A stretch of DNA of 64,000 nucleotides from the human T2T-CHM13v2.0 reference genome, Homo sapiens: assembly GCF_009914755.1 (NCBI RefSeq), contig NC_060931.1; one strand, given 5' to 3'. The notes beneath the pieces were generated by a model that saw only the letters and a list, made by a program, of their open reading frames with translations, searched no databases and was not told where the DNA came from. Made by a program: the position numbers and the translations under genes. Shown piece after piece: positions 28,401-41,100 of the stretch (position 1 is its first letter; the number at the start of each line of letters is the position of its first letter).

Positions 28401-31400
28401 AAAACTGAGAAGGCACAGAGTCAGCAATCATTTAGCCACCATACCTAAGTCAAACTTTGGAATTTTGAGTCAAACTACAGAATTTTGAGATAATTCATTC
28501 AAGTTTAGCACCAAGTAAAACTGAAAAGTCATATAGAGATAGTTCCCTGTCTTCATAAGCTTTGTTAAAGCCAAGGCATCTGTAACAGTAGAATCAAATG
28601 TAGTAACTTCTGTGACTTTCCTAAGATTTTTTAAAAATCATAACTTGGTAACGTTTTGGATTCTTACTGATTATTTTTCTTTACTGTATATTTTACATCA
28701 GAGAATTCATAATTCAAAGACCTAGAGGAGATATCTCTCCACGATTCTTAACACATATGCTTTCTTATTAAGCCCCAAATACAGACCAGCTGAAAAGATC
28801 TTTAATCTCAATGCAATATACACAGCACTTGGCAAGACAGAGGCTTGCAAACAACTGTCCCACAGGCAGCAGAAGGCAAAACAGCTATTCACCATTACTT
28901 ATGTTCTTGAATTCACAACAAGGGCCACATTTGCTATTGCTCAGCTAACCTCACAGGCCTGAGGAGATAATTAAACTCTAAATAACAAAAGGCATGCATT
29001 TTTAACACCCAATTAACCTGATGTAACCCTGATTTACATGACTTGAGAAAGTTACTGGTGAAGAAAATCCATGTTCTCATGATGTTGCTGGCAAAGCCTG
29101 GTGTTCTCAGTTCATTAGAAAAACTGAAATTATGATATAGAAGGTACAGCTGTAAAAAATACGAATGAGACTCTGACATTATATTGGCCAGGTCACTTGT
29201 TAAAAATTACACCCCCCACACCAGTTGTGTTTATGCAGTTGCTTAAACTGGTAATTTTTAGGCTAAATACGATGCCTTCATTATTAAAATTGCTACCAAA
29301 GTTCAGAAAGATTTGCCACTGAATGTTTTAATGTTTGCTCTATAATCAGCATGTTTTAGAAACCTTATGTAACCATTTTCATCTAAAAAGTCAGACTCAA
29401 GGATCATGCTTATTCCTTTCTCCATGGGCTAGAACTGGGAAGTGAGTAACTAGATTTGAGCAACTTCTTATCTAGGGGCTTTGGCTTATTTCCTCTTACT
29501 ACAGTGAGAAAATTACAAGCAAATGTCTGCTAATGCTGGACTTTTTTAAACTATAAAAGAAAAAAAAAAAGATGATCCTCCCTAAAGAGCCAAAATCCTT
29601 TAATATCATCAAAACATCTTAAATACGAAGCCAGAAATTTAATAAAGGGATAAGAGAATTAAGGTGGTGATATGGCACAATTAAATGTAAATCTTAGTAA
29701 TATTTAATAAAACATATTATTCCTACTTAAAATTAAAAACCAAACAGATCAAGTCAGAATCCAAGATACCTAACCAGTAGACAAGCAAGAAATGACCTGA
29801 CTCTTCACTGAAAGGCAACTAGAAATAAATAGTATAATGCAGATAGGTGTATTCTAAAACCACAAATGCATACCTTCATACATTAAAAAACTGTATGTGG
29901 CTTAAGATTTAGTGACTGGTATATTTTCACAGAAGCATATCCCCAGTGGAGGGTCAAAATATTTTTTTTGTTACCTTACTTTACAGTAAGAATGGAGCAT
30001 AAGGTTGGCTCAGACCAATGATGTAAATACATACCAGTAGGTAATATATAGTTTAGTGGTCCATATTTTAATACATTTTATATTGTGCTGATTTCAGCTT
30101 GCAAGCCTATGAACAAAATTAAACTTCCTTTACTTGCGTCCTAACTTCAATACTTCTAATACAAAAGTATTTGTGGTAAACAAAAAAAAGCAGTATGTTC
30201 AATAGTGAACTTTTAGTTTCTTGTGTTTCTGAACCCCTCTTTTGAAAGATTTGTCTGTACATAAGATCTGTGGCCTAATTATTTTTATTGTGACTTAGAA
30301 AGTTTTGAGCCATAAGTACAAATTCTGAACCTTTTTTTTAAAAAAGAACATAGTAAAAATTAAATGATTACAAGGTAAAATTTTAGCTGAAAAAAGTGGC
30401 AAATTCTCTGTGGTACTCTTTTTGAACACTATTTCTTTATATTCCTCCTTACAAAGTGTTTTAGAATGATACAGTGATTACAAACATACATATAAACAAT
30501 GATAAAAGCATAATAATCATGAATAGTGTCTGTGTGAAACATCTGTGTTTTTCCTGTCCATTAAAATCCAGAGTCTAAAAGGAATTACTGTAGATGTGTT
30601 TATTATTAAACCAACTCATTTCTAAACAGCATTAGCACATTGTCACTTTCCATTCAGTAAGAGGAAGTTTGAATCTTAATTAAAGTACACTTCCTTACCA
30701 GTTGTCAAAGGTGAGTAATGAGATGGATGAAAAACTAATAAATCTTGCTATTTTCTATAAACAAAACCAAATGCCAAACATTACACACCTTTCTGATTCT
30801 CCGTGAAGAAAGTCCTTTTATATTCCCATTGTGATCAAAATCAGAAACATTGATAGGATTCTCAGAGACTATAAACACATGACCTTATTTTGCAAACTAT
30901 TCTCTTTACTGAGTGGGAAAGAAAGTAAGGGATTTTGCATATGACCAAATTCTACCACTCTTCCACTCTCATTCCTGGAAAATGGTTCTTGGACAGATAG
31001 CTCCTGATTTTGGAAATCACTTACCTTTGCTCTAAAATGATATACAGCATCTATTAGGCAATACGCTGCAAATGTTTCAAAGCATTCAGTCTTATTGTCA
31101 CTGACTTAGAATGTCAAATCTTTAAAATTAGGTTGACTTCACATTTCTCCTACCTAGTTTCATTTCCTACCCTTCATGCTTTCAAGTCCTCAAGCATGAA
31201 CGTGATGCTCTCCAATGGATTCCGTTAAACACTGCAATTTCACAGTTCCTTGTACAGCTGCTTATGCAGTTTGGATAATTAGTGTTGCATAAAGTGAAAA
31301 CAAACAAAGATATCTCCCTCACTCACATATTATTCAAGGAAAGTCTACATAAAACTGCTGCAAGCAGGATACACACATTTTATTTCAATGCACTAAAATA

Positions 31401-32680
31401 ATGCCATGTACATTAGAAAACACTCAGTTTTGCAAAGCCTAATTATTCAGTTTGTTCTTTTAGACTATTTGTCATGCCATTATTTCTTCACTATTTCATT
31501 ACTCAAAATATCAGAAACTGGACAAAGACTAAAATCAAATCCCATTTTAAATTTTTCATTGATATAAGTAATAGAGCAGGAGTTTTACTGAGTAAATAGT
31601 TATAGGAAATCAGATCAATATCAATGAAGTATATCAGTGTTTTCCGTAAGTCCACAACATGTTTTCCTGAAGACTACCAGTAGGATTCCACTTGTCAAAT
31701 TGCCTTCTTTTTGTTTCTATTCCTCTTGACTTAATATACAACTATCCCCTGGAAATACCTCTCTACAACCTCTGAGACACAGCACCTTTTGTATTACATG
31801 CTTTTACTGTATGCATCTCAACTTTCTCAATTGCAACAACACCATTTTCTAGCAATTATTCTGTAACACTGACTTCACTAACCTGAATCAAAATAATATA
31901 GCCTACCTATGCACCCCCATTAATATGATGCTTTAATTAAAACATAAAACTCATAAAGTGTCAAAAATAATTCCTTTTGTTATGACATGAGTTGGGATGG
32001 TGAGGAAGTCTCACAAAAACAAGGGATAAGGGATAATTTTTTAAAAATAACTTATACCTCTATTTTTGCCAGTTTAATATGTCTTAAGTAAAGCTCCAAT
32101 CTCCTCTATTTACATACTTAACACTACTTTCATTGATTTTGCAGTGTTCTATACTGAATCTCCTTTCAAATACATGAGTTGGAAAAACAATACATTAGGT
32201 AAAAAAAATTGCAGTCTGTAATTTCATAATTTCAAGATAAAGCATTTAATTTTCTCACTTCATAAAGATCGTCTAAATTATGGTGTCTCTATGGAACCTC
32301 CCTTTATGACACACAGAAGCTGCCCTGCACCAGGTGAGAGAGCATGGCAGGCGGGGTGAACATTAGCCGTCCTCTTCTCAACTCCTCCTATACTATTGTG
32401 TGTCCCACCCTTATCAAAGAAGGCTATCTTTGGCTAATTCATCTTAAAAATTTGGTAGAACAAGGTAGAGAATAAGTGTATATCACCCATTCTTCATATG
32501 TATGCCTGGGTAATTTTGAAGGATATCATCTCCAGGTATATGAATTCCTTGAGGACTGAAACCTTGTTGGAAGTTCATACTACCCCTTAGTGGCTGGCAC
32601 ATTATGTTGTATATAATGACATTGGGCACTTAGAAAATAAGCTGGATGTTTGGACTTAGAATGAATAGAAAGATTTGAGT

Positions 32681-33404
32681 CTTTCCATGCCAATAGCATT
32701 CCCACAAACATGGTGAACATTCCTAAAATCCACCAAATTTTCTGTGAGAAGTGTGGCAAGCACCAACCCCATGAAGTGACACAGGGCAAGAAGGGCAAGG
32801 ATTCTCTGTATGCCCAGGGGAAGTGGTGTTATGACAGATAGCAGGGTGGCTCTGGTGGGCAGACTAAGCCAATTATCCAGAAAAAGCTAAAACTACAAAG
32901 AAGATTGTGCTAAGGCTTAGTGCATTAAGCCCAGACCAACCGCAGATCTAAGAGAATGCTAGCTATCAAAAGATGCAAGCATTTTGAACTGGAAGGTGGT
33001 AAGAAGAGACACGGCCAAGTAATACGGTTCTAAGTGTCTTTTTTTTTTTTTTTTTTTGAGACGAGTCTCGCTCTGTTGCCCAGGCTGGAGGGCAGTGGCA
33101 ATCTCGGCTCACTGCAGCCTCTACTTCCCAGGGATTCAAGTGATTGTCTTGCTTCAGCCTCCCCAGTAGCTGGGATTACAGGTGCTCCCCACCACAATCG
33201 GCTAATTTTTGTACGTTTAGTAGAGACGGGGTTTCACAATGTTAGCCAGATTGGTCTCGAACTCCTGACCTCAGGTGATCTGCAAGCCTCAGCTTCCCAA
33301 AGTGTTGGGATTGCAGGCGTGAGCCATGGCGCCCAGCCCTAAGTGTCATCTTTTGTTTTATTATGAATAAAATAAAATCTTGAGTTTACATTCACACAAA
33401 AAAA
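32681..33404 (+). pseudogene. RPL36A: Processed pseudogene of ribosomal protein L36a (eL42), interrupted by an Alu just after the stop codon
   Basis: 5' ctttcc start; ATG 32710 [43 protein letters not shown] (TAG 32839-32841); later frameshifts; C-terminal [29 protein letters not shown] (TAA 33031-33033). 3'UTR taagtgtcatctttt...aataaaatcttgagttt is RPL36A-type rather than RPL36AL; intronless; short A tail. Confidence 0.95.
33039..33338 (-). mobile_element. AluSx-like, nested in the RPL36A pseudogene; TSD CTAAGTGTC
   Basis: ctaagtgtc at 33030-33038 and 33339-33347. Confidence 0.93.
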
Positions 33405-34067
33405 GAAAGATTCACACAAAAAAAGAAAGCAAATCTAAAACACAAAATTTTAGGTTGTACCATCTGAAATACAACCACTACAGAATGAGATCTTTTAGGA
33501 ATGTATATAAGAACACGCTACTAAACAAAATATTCATTTCATTAGATTTTTTAAAAATTTAAGTTTGGTATCTAAAAGCATATGGCCATTTTATAATCAA
33601 ATACAGAAAGACAAATTTTAGTAACTTGAGAATGGCCACAAGGTTACTGAAGAACAAGAACTTAAAGCTATGGCTGAAGATGCCCATTTCAATATTACAT
33701 CCACATTTTTTTCACTTACATGCAATTTCCCTCTCTTTAATAAAAATTAGAAAATGATATAATTGCACCAATGGGTTTGATATGGATCTGATCCAAATCA
33801 AGCTCTTTAAAAACAATTTTACAGATAATGTAAAAATAAGTTTTGCCTTTCTAACACCCTATGCCCTCTTCCAGATATTATCACTCTACATGCAATAAAA
33901 AAGCATATACATATATACATGTGTGTATGGATAGATACATGTATATAATTTGTATGCTTTTTTATATTTAAACATGTCTAGCCCTATTCACCCTATAAAT
34001 CCCTTAATCTTAATGGGGGTGAGTAGCAAGAAATACTTAGCCTACAATATCTGCACTCCAGTGTTAG

Positions 34068-34506
34068 TGTGGTAGGCAGCATTTGATATGGTTCCCAATG
34101 ATAACCCTTGTGTAGTCACCTCCCCTGAGTGTGGGTGGAGCATAGTGATTTGCCTCTGGCGAACCCAGTACAGCAAAGGGGATGGGATGTCAGTCGCTGA
34201 TGTCACAGAAGACTGTGACTTCCATCTTCTGGTTCTCTCTTGCATTCTATGATGTTTCCAGACACTCTGTGCAAAGAACAGAGGCAAGCCTCCAGCCAGG
34301 AGCTCATGAAATCATGAACTGAGGCCTCAGTGCAATAGCTCATGAGGAAATGAATTATTTCAACAGCCAGGTGAGTGAGCTACTTGGGAAAATTTCCAGG
34401 AGAGCTTTGAGATGGTTGCATCCTTGATGGAGACCCAGAGCTTGAGGACCCACAGAAACTGCGAGATAATAAATGTTGGGTTATATAGTAATAGCTAACA
34501 AATGCA
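34068..34506 (+). mobile_element. MaLR LTR, MLT1E/F-like
   Basis: tgtggtaggcagc...ccttgtgtagtcacctcccctgagtgtggg...gagataataaatgtt...aatagctaacaaatgca. Confidence 0.8.
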
Positions 34507-34629
34507 CTGTTTAAAGGAATTCGCTCATTAAAAATTTCCATGGCAGTACCCTCCTTAAGTTAGAGGATGCTTCTCTTCATTTACATACAGAAAGTAGCTT
34601 CTTTTATCCAGAAAAAAAAAAAAGGAAAG

Positions 34630-34890
34630 ATCTGGGTGCAAACATACTGTCAGATAGAAATAAAACCTACTGTTCAATACATCAGTAGGGTGACAATAGT
34701 TAACAATCTACTGTACATTTCAAAATAGCTAGAAGAGCATAACTAAAATGTTCCTAGCACAAAGAAAAGATAAATATTCAAGGTGATGAATATCCTGATT
34801 ACCCCAATTTTATTTTTACACATGATGTGAATGGATCAAATTACCAAATGTACCCTGAAAATACGTGCATTTTGTATTGACAAAAAAATC
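34630..34890 (+). mobile_element. L1MA-type 3' end fragment
   Basis: tagggtgacaatagttaacaatctactgtacatttcaaaatagctagaagag...aaatgtaccctgaaaat. Confidence 0.75.
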
Positions 34891-35728
34891 TGTAGCAGAA
34901 GGTGTGTGTTTAATATTGCATTTCATTTACATATATCTAAGTAAAACAAGCTTACCGCCATTCTCTAATGAGTCTGCCAAGTAAGCTAACCAAACTCTAT
35001 AAAAACAATTTTTTTCAAAATTACAAATTTTTGAAAACATATTTTATGACCTTTGTATTTTCCCAAAGAATGACTAAGTCTAAACAATAAAAGTCAAAAC
35101 AATATTGAAAGTGAAAAATATCTGGTCTCATAAACATTCCCACATCAAAAAAGCCTGATTACTTTGAAGAGGGTATTATGGGTTTCTGTAAACAGATTTG
35201 GTGTTGCATGTTTGGTACGTCTGCCATATGATTCGGTGCCATGGAAAGTTTTGTGTGTTTAGTAAATAATTCCCATTTAAATTCCAAGTAATTGTTCATT
35301 GCAGAAAGTTGAACTTCTAAGTCTAACCTCACCCATGATTACCATAAAAAAAAACAGTGTTCTGCTAACCGACAGCATACACCCATTTGTTCTCCAAAGG
35401 ATCATGCATACTTAAAGGATGATTCCTCTATCTAGTGGACACAGAGTAAATGCGGACCTTTGAGATGAAAAAATGGATGTCAGTGGTACCCTATACATTC
35501 AGATCTTTAGGACCAAAGCTGTAATAGAAAACTGTTCCTATATCATTATCAGTTGACCTAAGGTAATTACAAGGAGTTTCACAATCAAGAATGTTTCTTG
35601 GATGTCCTTTACAGTGCACAGAAAACCTTCAAAGCCCAGACAATAGAGAAGAACAATTGTACTTACGTCATCGAGTAGAGCAATATGGTTTATACTTGTG
35701 ATACAAGACCAATACATACAGCTTTATA

Positions 35729-35875
35729 TAATTTAATTTTGTTACCAAAAATATTTATTTTATTGTTCTATATCCTATTTTGGAGATTTTTATAATAATT
35801 CTCACAAATCTTTTACAAATTTTTTTTTAAAAAAACAAAAATGTAGAGAACTGCTTTGGTAACTTTCTTATTTGT
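35729..35875. repeat. Local direct duplication A, copy 1 (copy 2 at 37117-37233 plus 37531-37564)
   Basis: taatttaattttgttaccaaaa...cttttacaaatttttttttaaaaaa...agaactgctttggtaactttcttatttgt occurs at both sites. Confidence 0.92.
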
Positions 35876-37205
35876 ATGTCTCCTAGATCTGCAGTCGTAG
35901 GAACAAAAGAAAACGTAGAATTCAGGCTAAGGGAGAGGGTAAGAGAGTGCCTCTGCTTTATCCCATGGCTTCTCCGTGGCTTGGTTTTTGCAGGTCTGCC
36001 AATTAGTGCCATCCTTTCCAATGTCCCCATCCAATTAAAATACTGACTAAGCTACATTGCTTTCAAAAGTTCTATTTCCCACTATATTATAAGTAAGTGA
36101 AATGACAGTTTAGTGGGGAAGAAATAAGAGAAAATGATGGGCTAAAACGATACACACTCCTTACCATGCTGCCACATTTAATATGCTCCTCAGCCTTCTT
36201 CTGATGGATCCTAACTCCCCCACTGTCTTCCACTGTACTTTGATCAAGACGTCTGACAAAAGAACAGTTCCCTCTCTGAACTCTACTAAAATATACACAC
36301 CGTAATGAATAATTTCTCCAGGAAAAGAAAGGAAATAATAGTTCAGGTGAAGTTTGTGGTCACATATGGAAAGGAAAGAAAAACCAGGCTCAGTTCCAGA
36401 ATGTCTGTGTGTCAGAGTGAGATATGTATGTATAACGCATCTCTGGACACAGCCAGCACCACCATCCTCTGTCTCCGCTTTCTCATCCAACATAGGCTTT
36501 AATGTGGAAGTTCTGACATCTGCATTTTACAAATGAAGAACCTGGGGCCTATAAAACTTACACTGCTTGTCCGAGGTGATATAACTAGTTTTTCCAGTGT
36601 GGAGGGCAACAGACACTAGCTCAGTGAAAGAAACAATCAGTTATAATAGTTTATGGGAAACTTTTAAACTTTGAACCTATGTGCTTCTATTGCTAAATCC
36701 CTAAGCATATAAAATGCACAGGTTAAAGATAAAACTGCTTACAGCACTTTAGATATTTTACAGGCTTTAAAATTTTTACTGTCACAGAAGTTCACATGCA
36801 AAATTGAAAAATATATAGTTGCAAATATTTGCATTAAAAAGTCATTATAGAGGTATTTTCACATTTCAACAAAATTAAGACTACACACTCTAAGCTATTG
36901 GCTTGAACTATTCATGCCAGAAACATTCTGTCTCTGTAAGTTCACTGCTAGATCATCAAATACAGATTTTTAGGTGATTAGTACAGGTTCCTCAAATATA
37001 ATTTTGTATCATGGATCTTAATGATGACTTGCACAGCAAAGTTTGCTTAATAATGAAAAGTGAATAATATTTTACACATAGAATTATTTAAGATTATACT
37101 TTAAAGGGACTTAGTCTAATTTAATTTTGTTACCAAAAAATTTCATTTTATTGTTCCATATCCTGTTTTGGGGACTTATTTATAATAATTCTCAACAATC
37201 TTTTA

Positions 37206-37572
<367 letters not shown>

Positions 37573-37884
37573 CTATTTTAAGTATTAAACTATGAAAGCT
37601 CATTTTAATTATCCATAGTCATGTCTATAGGATTATTTTAGAAAGAGAGATAAGGCCTGGTTTAAATTCGTTCAACAAATTGTGAAAGCAAGCTTTATGT
37701 TACACTTCTAATCTAGAGCAAAAATTTTAAAACATTCCAAATTATTTTACATGAGTTACTGAGCATTGGATAAAGTCAGAAAACTTTATACTACGTATAA
37801 ATGGCCAAGCCAATAATATAATCCATAAGTCTACATTTAAGCTATCTACAAAGAGGTTATTTTAAGTGATAAATTTTCTTTTTG

Positions 37885-38032
37885 AGTTTGCATGTTAAAT
37901 CTGAATTTCAAGTAAACATCAAAGGTTTTTTTAATTCAAGTATGCTCCATGTAACATTTGGGACATACGCTAAAAATTATTGTTTATGTGAAATTCAAAT
38001 TTAACTAGGCATCATATATATAACCTGGCAAC
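37885..38032. mobile_element. MER53-like palindromic hAT MITE
   Basis: gttaaatctgaatttcaagtaaaca...ttgggacatac...gaaattcaaatttaactaggcatc...ctggcaac. Confidence 0.75.
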
Positions 38033-38272
38033 ATTACACTTTACTGGAAAGTCAACTACAGTGCAGTGCATACAGACCCTTTTGCCCTAGCCAAATGAGA
38101 GTTCCAGGGATTATTTACACTCTCCATTTTCTGATTGAGATTTGCCTCAATAAACTCTACTTTCTAACTGCACTATGTGACAATAGTAGTGTTTGTCCAT
38201 GACTCCTTTAGACAACATGAGAAAAAGAACAGATTTTTCCCACTGTAATAATCTGAGTACAAACAAAAAAGA

Positions 38273-38568
38273 TTTTTTTTTTGAGACAGGGCCTCACTCT
38301 TTTTCCCAGACTGGTGTGCAGGGGCGGCAACCTCTGCTCACTGCAACCTCCGCCTCCGCCTCCCAGATTCAAGTGATTCTCCCACCTCAGCCTCCCAGGT
38401 AGCTGGGACTACAGGCACCCACAACCATGCCTGGCTAATTTTTTAACTTTTTTGTAGAGACAAGGGTTTCACCGTGTTGGCCAGGCTGGTCTTGAACTCC
38501 TAACCTCAAGTGATCCGCCCGCCCATCTTGGCCTCCCAAAGTGTTAGGATTACAGGCGTGAGCCACCA
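38273..38568 (-). mobile_element. AluJ/S-like
   Basis: tttgagacagggcctcactc...ggattacaggcgtgagccacca. Confidence 0.92.
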
Positions 38569-39445
38569 CAAAGAGAGAATATTACTGACCATGGATACAG
38601 ATCTGAGTTCTGTTACTCTACCCGTTATCTGTCCTCGGGCAAATATATGTAACTCCTTGGGCCTTGGCTGTCCTGACTTCAGTAGCCTCCTACAGCATTA
38701 ACATTTTGCAATTCCATTATCCTACGTGAACTAAAATTTGCCTAGTTCTTGATAACTGAGGTCATGCTTGCATATTTTGGAAGCAGAGGAAACAACAACC
38801 TTTAAGTTAAAACAAAACCAAGGGATTAGCTAAAAGATGGTCCTTATATTTAATTAAAATGTATAGTTTCAGAAGAAATGTTACCCACAGGTTAAAAATG
38901 CAGCCGAAATAATTTCATAAACAATAGCTGTTATTTGCCACCCACAAATAAGTTTAAATACCTGTCATTCACTGGACATTCAGTACCAAATTACTTTTGA
39001 GACCACTAAAAATAGCAGTGGACCGTTCAACTTGCTAGACTCTTGTATGGTACCTCCAAGAAACTCTAAAGTAGTCACAAATCCAATGAAAGCTATCTAT
39101 GCACAAAGGACAAATCCACAGATTCTCCAAATTTTTAACCCTAATTCTATTTCTTAATAGATTTTCCAAATTCTTTGTTTTAAATAGCATTTCTCTGCAC
39201 AAAGAATCTGTAATGGTAGCTCATTGTGCTTTCAGTGTAACTAACATGCAGCTATTAAAGACAGTGACAATGAATGCATTTCTTTAGTTAAGTACCATGC
39301 CCTCTTATAATCTGAATGCCAGGCAGTGCTTTCAAATGATTAAATAACCTGTTTAGGGAGATAAACAATTGACTACCAATATCTTTAACATAACATAAAA
39401 GTAAATAATCTTAAATTACACCAGTGGACAAGGAATCTGGCTTTG

Positions 39446-39592
39446 TAGGGTTGCCACGTAAATATAAGAATTTTATTAGATTTGAAATTCAAATTTCATA
39501 TTTGGAACAAACTTAACAAAAAGTATTATATATTTGAAATTCAATTTTAACTGGGAAAATCATACTTTTATTTGATAAACCTGACAGTTCTA
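39446..39592. mobile_element. MER53-like palindromic hAT MITE
   Basis: tagggttgcca...atttgaaattcaattttaactggg...tttatatttgataaacctgacagttcta. Confidence 0.7.
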
Positions 39593-39796
39593 TTTGGGAT
39601 ACCTAATATGAGATGTTTGCTCATTAGCATTTCCCCAATGCTAATAGTTTTATTGGTTTCTATTTTTTTCCTAGAGGCAAGAGGTTCTACTATTATAGCA
39701 CACACATAGATGAGTAACTTTCCAGCTGTAATTTCACTTATCAATAATATCCTCCTGCTTTTAACAAATCAGATACCTACCATTAAAACTAGTCTA

Positions 39797-40030
<234 letters not shown>

Positions 40031-40195
40031 TTAAAGAAGCTCAAAACCCATATGATTACAATATTGCAATAATCTTTATTAACTTTTGTTAATCTCTAGT
40101 TATGCTTCAAGCCATACTTAAGATCGATGAATCCTCCTTTATAAACACAGATGTAGTAAACACTCAGAGAAAACGAGGTTGAAAAACCAAATGCT

Positions 40196-41100
40196 GGGGA
40201 GGAGCCAAGATGGCCGAGTAGGAACAGCTCCGGTCTACAGCTCCCAGCGTGAGCGACGCAGAAGACGGGTGATTTCTGCATTTCCATCTGAGGTACCGGG
40301 TTCATCTCACTAGGGAGCGCCAGACAGTGGGCGCAGGTCAGTGGGTGCGCGCACCGTGCGTGAGCGGAAGCAGGGCAAGGCATTGCCTCACTTGGGAAGC
40401 GCAAGGGGTCAGGGAGTTCCTTTTCCGAGTCAAAGAAAGGGGTGACGGACGCACCTGGAAAATCGGGTCACTCCCACCCGAATATTGCGCTTTTCGGACC
40501 AGCTTAAAAAACGGCGCACCACGAGATTATATCCTGCAACTGGCTCTGAGGGTCCTACGCCCACGGAGTCTCACTGATTGCTAGCACAGCAGTCTGAGAT
40601 CAAACTGCAAGGCGGCAGCGAGGCCGGGGGAGGGGCGCCCGCCATTGCCCAGGCTTGCTTAGGTAAACAAAGCAGCCGGGAAGCTCCAACTGGGTGGAGC
40701 CCACCACAGCTCAAGGAGGCCTGCCTGCCTCTGTAGGCTTCACCTCTGGGGGCAGGGCACAGACAAACAAAAAGACAGCAGTAACGTCTGCAGACTTAAA
40801 TGTCCCTGTCTGACAGCTTTGAAGAGAGCAGTGGTTCTCCCAGCACGCAGCTGGAGATCTGAGAACGGGCAGACTGCCTCCTCAAGTGGGTCCCTGACCC
40901 CTGACCCCCGAGCAGCCTAACTGGGAGGCACCCCCCAGCAGGGGCACACTGACACCTCACACGGCAGGGTATTCCAACAGACCTGCAGCTGAGGGTCCTG
41001 TCTGTTAGAAGGAAAACTAACAAACAGAAAGGACATCCACACCAAAAACCCATCTGTACATCACCATCATCAAACACCAAAAGTAGATAAAACCACAAAG
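40196..41100. promoter_or_regulatory. L1 5'UTR: internal sense promoter (YY1 site CAAGATGGCCG near the 5' end) and antisense promoter (ASP); CpG-rich
   Basis: Matches the L1PA2/L1HS 5'UTR with many CpGs retained; sense splice donor GAG|GTACCG at 40292/40293 (+97). Confidence 0.85.
40571..40645 (-). pseudogene. L1 ORF0, truncated (MAGAPPPASLPPCSLISDCCASNQ*)
   Basis: ATG at 40645-40643; codon 25 is TGA where the consensus has CGA (CpG decay). Confidence 0.88.

Noticed and set aside
31018-31030. Consensus minus-strand donor AAG|GTAAGT
   Set aside because: No convincing upstream acceptor giving a plausible exon.
36161-36493. 110-aa minus-strand ORF
   Set aside because: No recognisable domain and a non-ATG start; only the embedded 88-nt splice-bounded segment is worth following up.
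39623-39645. 9-bp hairpin ATTAGCATT-tcccc-AATGCTAAT near the exon 9 donor (similar one at ~31173-31200)
   Set aside because: AT-rich 9-bp stems are expected by chance in 64 kb.
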